The notes below the pieces were generated by a model that was not told where the DNA came from, ran no database searches, and worked only from the letters and a program-made list of their open reading frames with translations. DNA of 64,000 nucleotides from Octopus sinensis (taxonomy: Eukaryota). Position numbers and translations under genes: made by a program. The stretch covers positions 1-64,000 of the forward strand of contig NW_021833065.1 in NCBI RefSeq assembly GCF_006345805.1, given 5' to 3'. Shown piece after piece: positions 60,317 to 64,000 of the stretch (position 1 is its first letter; every line of letters begins with the position of its first letter).

Positions 60317-61065
60317 CACCCTAGGGCGGAGGTAAGGACATGGACCGCATCCGCTTTTTTTGACAATGGGGAATCCGAATCTGCAAAAACAATACTGCAT
60401 TTTCAAAATTTTAATTTTCACCCCACCACCACCACCACCACCTAATTTTTCACTTTTTTTTTTTTTTTTTTTTGGCTTGCGAAATATGTAGCAATATAAG
60501 GAGATTGTGATTTTGAAAAAAAAAAATTTGTAAAATTTCAATTTCCAAAAAATAAATAAACACCGCTCCCCGCCGTCAGGGCATCTGTGAAAGTGAACAT
60601 GTAGTTGAGGGTCTTTTGGAGTAAGAATTTTTTTTGGTACACACGCACACGGCAACAAAATGAATTGTCCTCCTCTCCACCCCACTGGCAAAGAAAAAAT
60701 GGGGATGGGGGAAATTAAAATTTTGAAAACGTGATTTGTCGTTTAGCTGCTGTTTCTACCATGTCGAGTTTTCTGTTCAGATACTTTTTTTGTCTGCTAT
60801 TTTAGTAGGAGGGGAACGATGTTTTTTTTTTTAATTGAAATTTTACAACTTTTTTTTTTCATAATCATAATCTCCATACTTTTCTACGTATTTTGCCCCC
60901 CCAAAAAATTCTAAAAGTGAAAAATGGGGGGGGGGGTAAAATTTTGAAATGCGGATTTTTTTTTTTTTTTTTTTGCAGACTCGTTATCTCCGCAGTCGAA
61001 AAAGTGGGTTTCTGTAGAAAAGGACCGAAAGTGGGGTGTGGTCCATATCCTTTAGCCCGCACTCC
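60317..61065. mobile_element. Foldback/MITE-like element with long imperfect inverted ends
   Basis: GCGGAGGTAAGGACATGGACCGCATCCGCTTT (60326-60357) versus AAAGTGGGGTGTGGTCCATATCCTTTAGCCCGC (61028-61060); inner inverted blocks TCTGCAAAAA / TTTTTGCAGA and TTTCAAAATTTTA / TAAAATTTTGAAA. Confidence 0.6.
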
Positions 61066-62592
61066 TTACATGAGTTAGTGAATGAAGGAAACGCTGTACT
61101 CTTGGCCCTCCGGGGTTGGCAGGGGATGTTGGGATCAATCAGGCAGCGATCTTCCGTACAGTTACTGTTGAGCAACTCGAGATTTTTGTCGACATGAAAC
61201 TGTGATAACACCCAGTGTGTTGTGCAGTGTGGAGTCCAGTTTCGAATCGAACTTCACAATAATCTTTCTCTCCAAAGTAGCAATTTCAGAGAAAGTGACA
61301 AAAATCAGTCCTATGTATAGGACTACTCATTGCTTAAACTTATTTGTCGGAAATAAATCGGTATTTATAGCACTGTTTTGATGTTTGCTATAGACCTAAT
61401 TATTTAAAATGTTTCATAAAAAAGCTTAAATGCACATCTCGTCAATCGAAGTTGCAAAATAAAAGACTGTATTTTAGCTTAAATAGCTAAAATTGTGCTT
61501 GCAATTAAATAAATAAACCGATTTTTTAAACTCTACTAACGATTGTCATTTTATATACATTTATATTAACTGTTATCATTTCTAGTTTTGCGGTTTAAAT
61601 CATTCGCATGGAAATGGGAAACTCGCATAAAGTTTTTGAGGTCAATATAAAGACCTTCACCCGGAAAAAAGAAAATAGAAAATTAACCAACCCCGGGGTG
61701 TTAACAAGTGTGTAGAAAATGAATATGAACAAAAAAAAATGGGCGCTGACGACCCCTAGGGGTGGGGAGGGGACTTTCGGAAAATTCACAAGATCCGATT
61801 TTTCCGTCATAAATATTTGAATCGGCACAAAGCATTTATTGGTGAAAGGAAAAGGGCACGAAGTTAGGAAACAAAAATGTAAAAAGTATTTTCAGAATCA
61901 TAATTTCCGTTAAGAATACTTTTTTTTTTAAATAGTGGGGATCTACCCAATTCCCTGCCCTTTTTCTTTCTCTTTGTACTTGTATAGCCCAAACTCAGTC
62001 TTGATCCAGCAGATCCGTGATTATTATTTTCTGCTCAAAGATTAGTGTATGTAAGAAAGGGTGGGAGGGGTGGTTAAGACTACTACTTCCAGTAAGTCGG
62101 GCGAATACATAGGAGAAAAGCTTTGTTGGAAAATGAAAATTTATCTTCACATATTTTTCTAGATAATTAATACCTACTATGAAAAATAATCAGTCATACC
62201 ATTTGCTTTTGCAGTCACACCTTTCTTTTAAATATAAACAAACGTTAGTAGTGAACTAGATCACAAATTTTGCAGTAGCTGATACGCTCACTTGACCTTT
62301 TCTATATGTAGATACATGCACGTGGTTGGTTAGTGACATGCAGTATAAAAAAACAGGGTTAGTGGCATAACGGTTATTGCCGCCCAGCTGTTATATTTCT
62401 CAGTAAACATTTTCATATTTCTTTGCAGATTTGTCTGAATTTTGATATCAGTTATGTCCCTTGCTCTCTTTATTTCTCCATGTAACTTTTCGGTCATCGT
62501 TACCAACGGCGATCACGTGTACTTTTTCTGATTGTTACGGGGATGGGGGGTTGAAGTTTACACAAACGCTTGACAATCATTATTCAATCAAT

Positions 62593-62594
<2 letters not shown>

Positions 62595-62646
<52 letters not shown>

Positions 62647-62772
62647 GCCTCTTAGTGTGAGGCATTTATGTGTAATAATGCCCTCTATACAATATATATA
62701 TATATATTATATATATATATATATATAAATGCCTCTTAGTGTGAGGCATTTATGTGTAATAATGCCCTCTAT

Positions 62773-62810
<38 letters not shown>

Positions 62811-62826
62811 GTGTGTGTGTGCGTGT
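62595..62826. repeat. (TA)n array with two identical ~52-bp hairpin-containing inserts
   Basis: ATAAATGCCTCTTAGTGTGAGGCATTTATGTGTAATAATGCCCTCTATACAA at 62641 and 62725. Confidence 0.9.
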
Positions 62827-63469
62827 GTATTAAAACAAAAATTGGGGCCCTCACAATCTTAGGGTAGTTCTCAAAAAAAAAAAAAACAAATTTATGAATC
62901 GTCTTCAGACACTTGGAAATGAAATATAAAGTGGGTACATTTTCAGTTTTCGTGAAACTTCAGAAAATGTTCCCCTGTGTCTTAAGGAAGATGGTGAAAA
63001 TAATTACATCATGTCATTTTCAGCGATTGATTCGCATGTGTGTGGGGTGGTGGTGGTGGTGGTTAGAAGCCAGAATGAAAAACAAAATCAATCTATGTTC
63101 GTGTAGACACACGGAATTCCTTTAAAAAGAAATAAATTGCCTCTTACATTACCTGGTTTCTGTCATTCTAGTTGTAATTGGTACGAGCTCCCTTAAGTGT
63201 CCATTTACGTATTGCTTCGATCACGTTGTTTCGCCCGAGGTCTGGGTAACCAAAGGTATTCCAATCATGATCACATCGTCTTTGAATCCGTCATAATGTA
63301 TTTTTAAACTACGTTATCCAATAAGTCCTTTTCTTAAGACGTTAATATGTGATTTGAGAGGGAGATCTGCATTTGGCAGCTCGAGCGACTACGTAGAGTA
63401 CCGCTGGCACGCTATCGCGTTATTGAAGTTTGTGCTAGGTATTTTTCAGCCACGTGTTGTTATCTCTCC

Positions 63470-63509
63470 TTCTTTCTCTCTGTCTTTCTGTCTGTCTGTC
63501 TGTCTCTCT

Positions 63510-63576
<67 letters not shown>
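63470..63576. repeat. (TC)n/(TCTG)n microsatellite
   Basis: Directly visible. Confidence 0.95.
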
Positions 63577-63578
<2 letters not shown>

Positions 63579-64000
63579 GCACACGCTCAGTAATAATAGA
63601 ATACAAAAGAACCTATAATGATATCTCGATAAAAATTGTATTTATGAGTATACAAATAAAACTTACCTTTAGAAATTTTTCATTCTCCGAAACAAAGTAT
63701 TTGACTGAAACTTTTTTCGTACAGTAAACCAACTTAGTTATTTTACTTTTGTAAAGCATTGGAGGATTGTTTGAGGGGTATATTTTATAGAAATCAGCAA
63801 CTGGTATAAAATTCCCATTAAATTGCATTTAACCTCACAATTTCCTTTCCTTCCCCCACCTAATCATTCTCTACCAATGATACGTGTAACAGGATGTTAG
63901 ATGTCTTTGCAGATAGAATATATTTCTGTTAGAAATCCTTGCGCACGCGGCATAACTACAGATGTATACTCCACCGAGTTTGTTGCCTCGTAATTTGCAG

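Overview
AT-rich eukaryotic genomic DNA with dense (TA)/(TG) microsatellites, tRNA-derived SINEs and RTE, CR1-type and Penelope-like relics. The repeat landscape points to an octopus (inference). Two genes lie head-to-head. (1) On the minus strand is the first coding exon of CAPS/CADPS (unc-31; 6607->5822), whose first intron runs off the left end. (2) On the plus strand is a KMT2E/SETD5 (MLL5/UpSET) ortholog, reconstructed by hand as 23 phase-consistent GT-AG coding exons (31198..53030; 4524 nt, 1508 codons). It has a PHD finger, a degenerate SET domain and a DHNY HCF-binding motif, and its expected 3' exons are not in the window. A short CpG-containing interval (about 6.6-7.4 kb) with NRF1, CRE and YY1-like palindromes is the likely bidirectional promoter. 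The most notable observations are: palindromic retro-inserted elements carrying inverted minimal hammerhead-ribozyme cores (one fused to a tRNA head, with a 16-bp TSD); a ~340-nt hairpin just downstream of the CAPS exon-1 donor; a uORF whose stop overlaps the KMT2E start codon; a frame-preserving cassette exon with an internal frameshifting donor; and tandem donors next to the DHNY motif. All calls are by eye, with no database searches.
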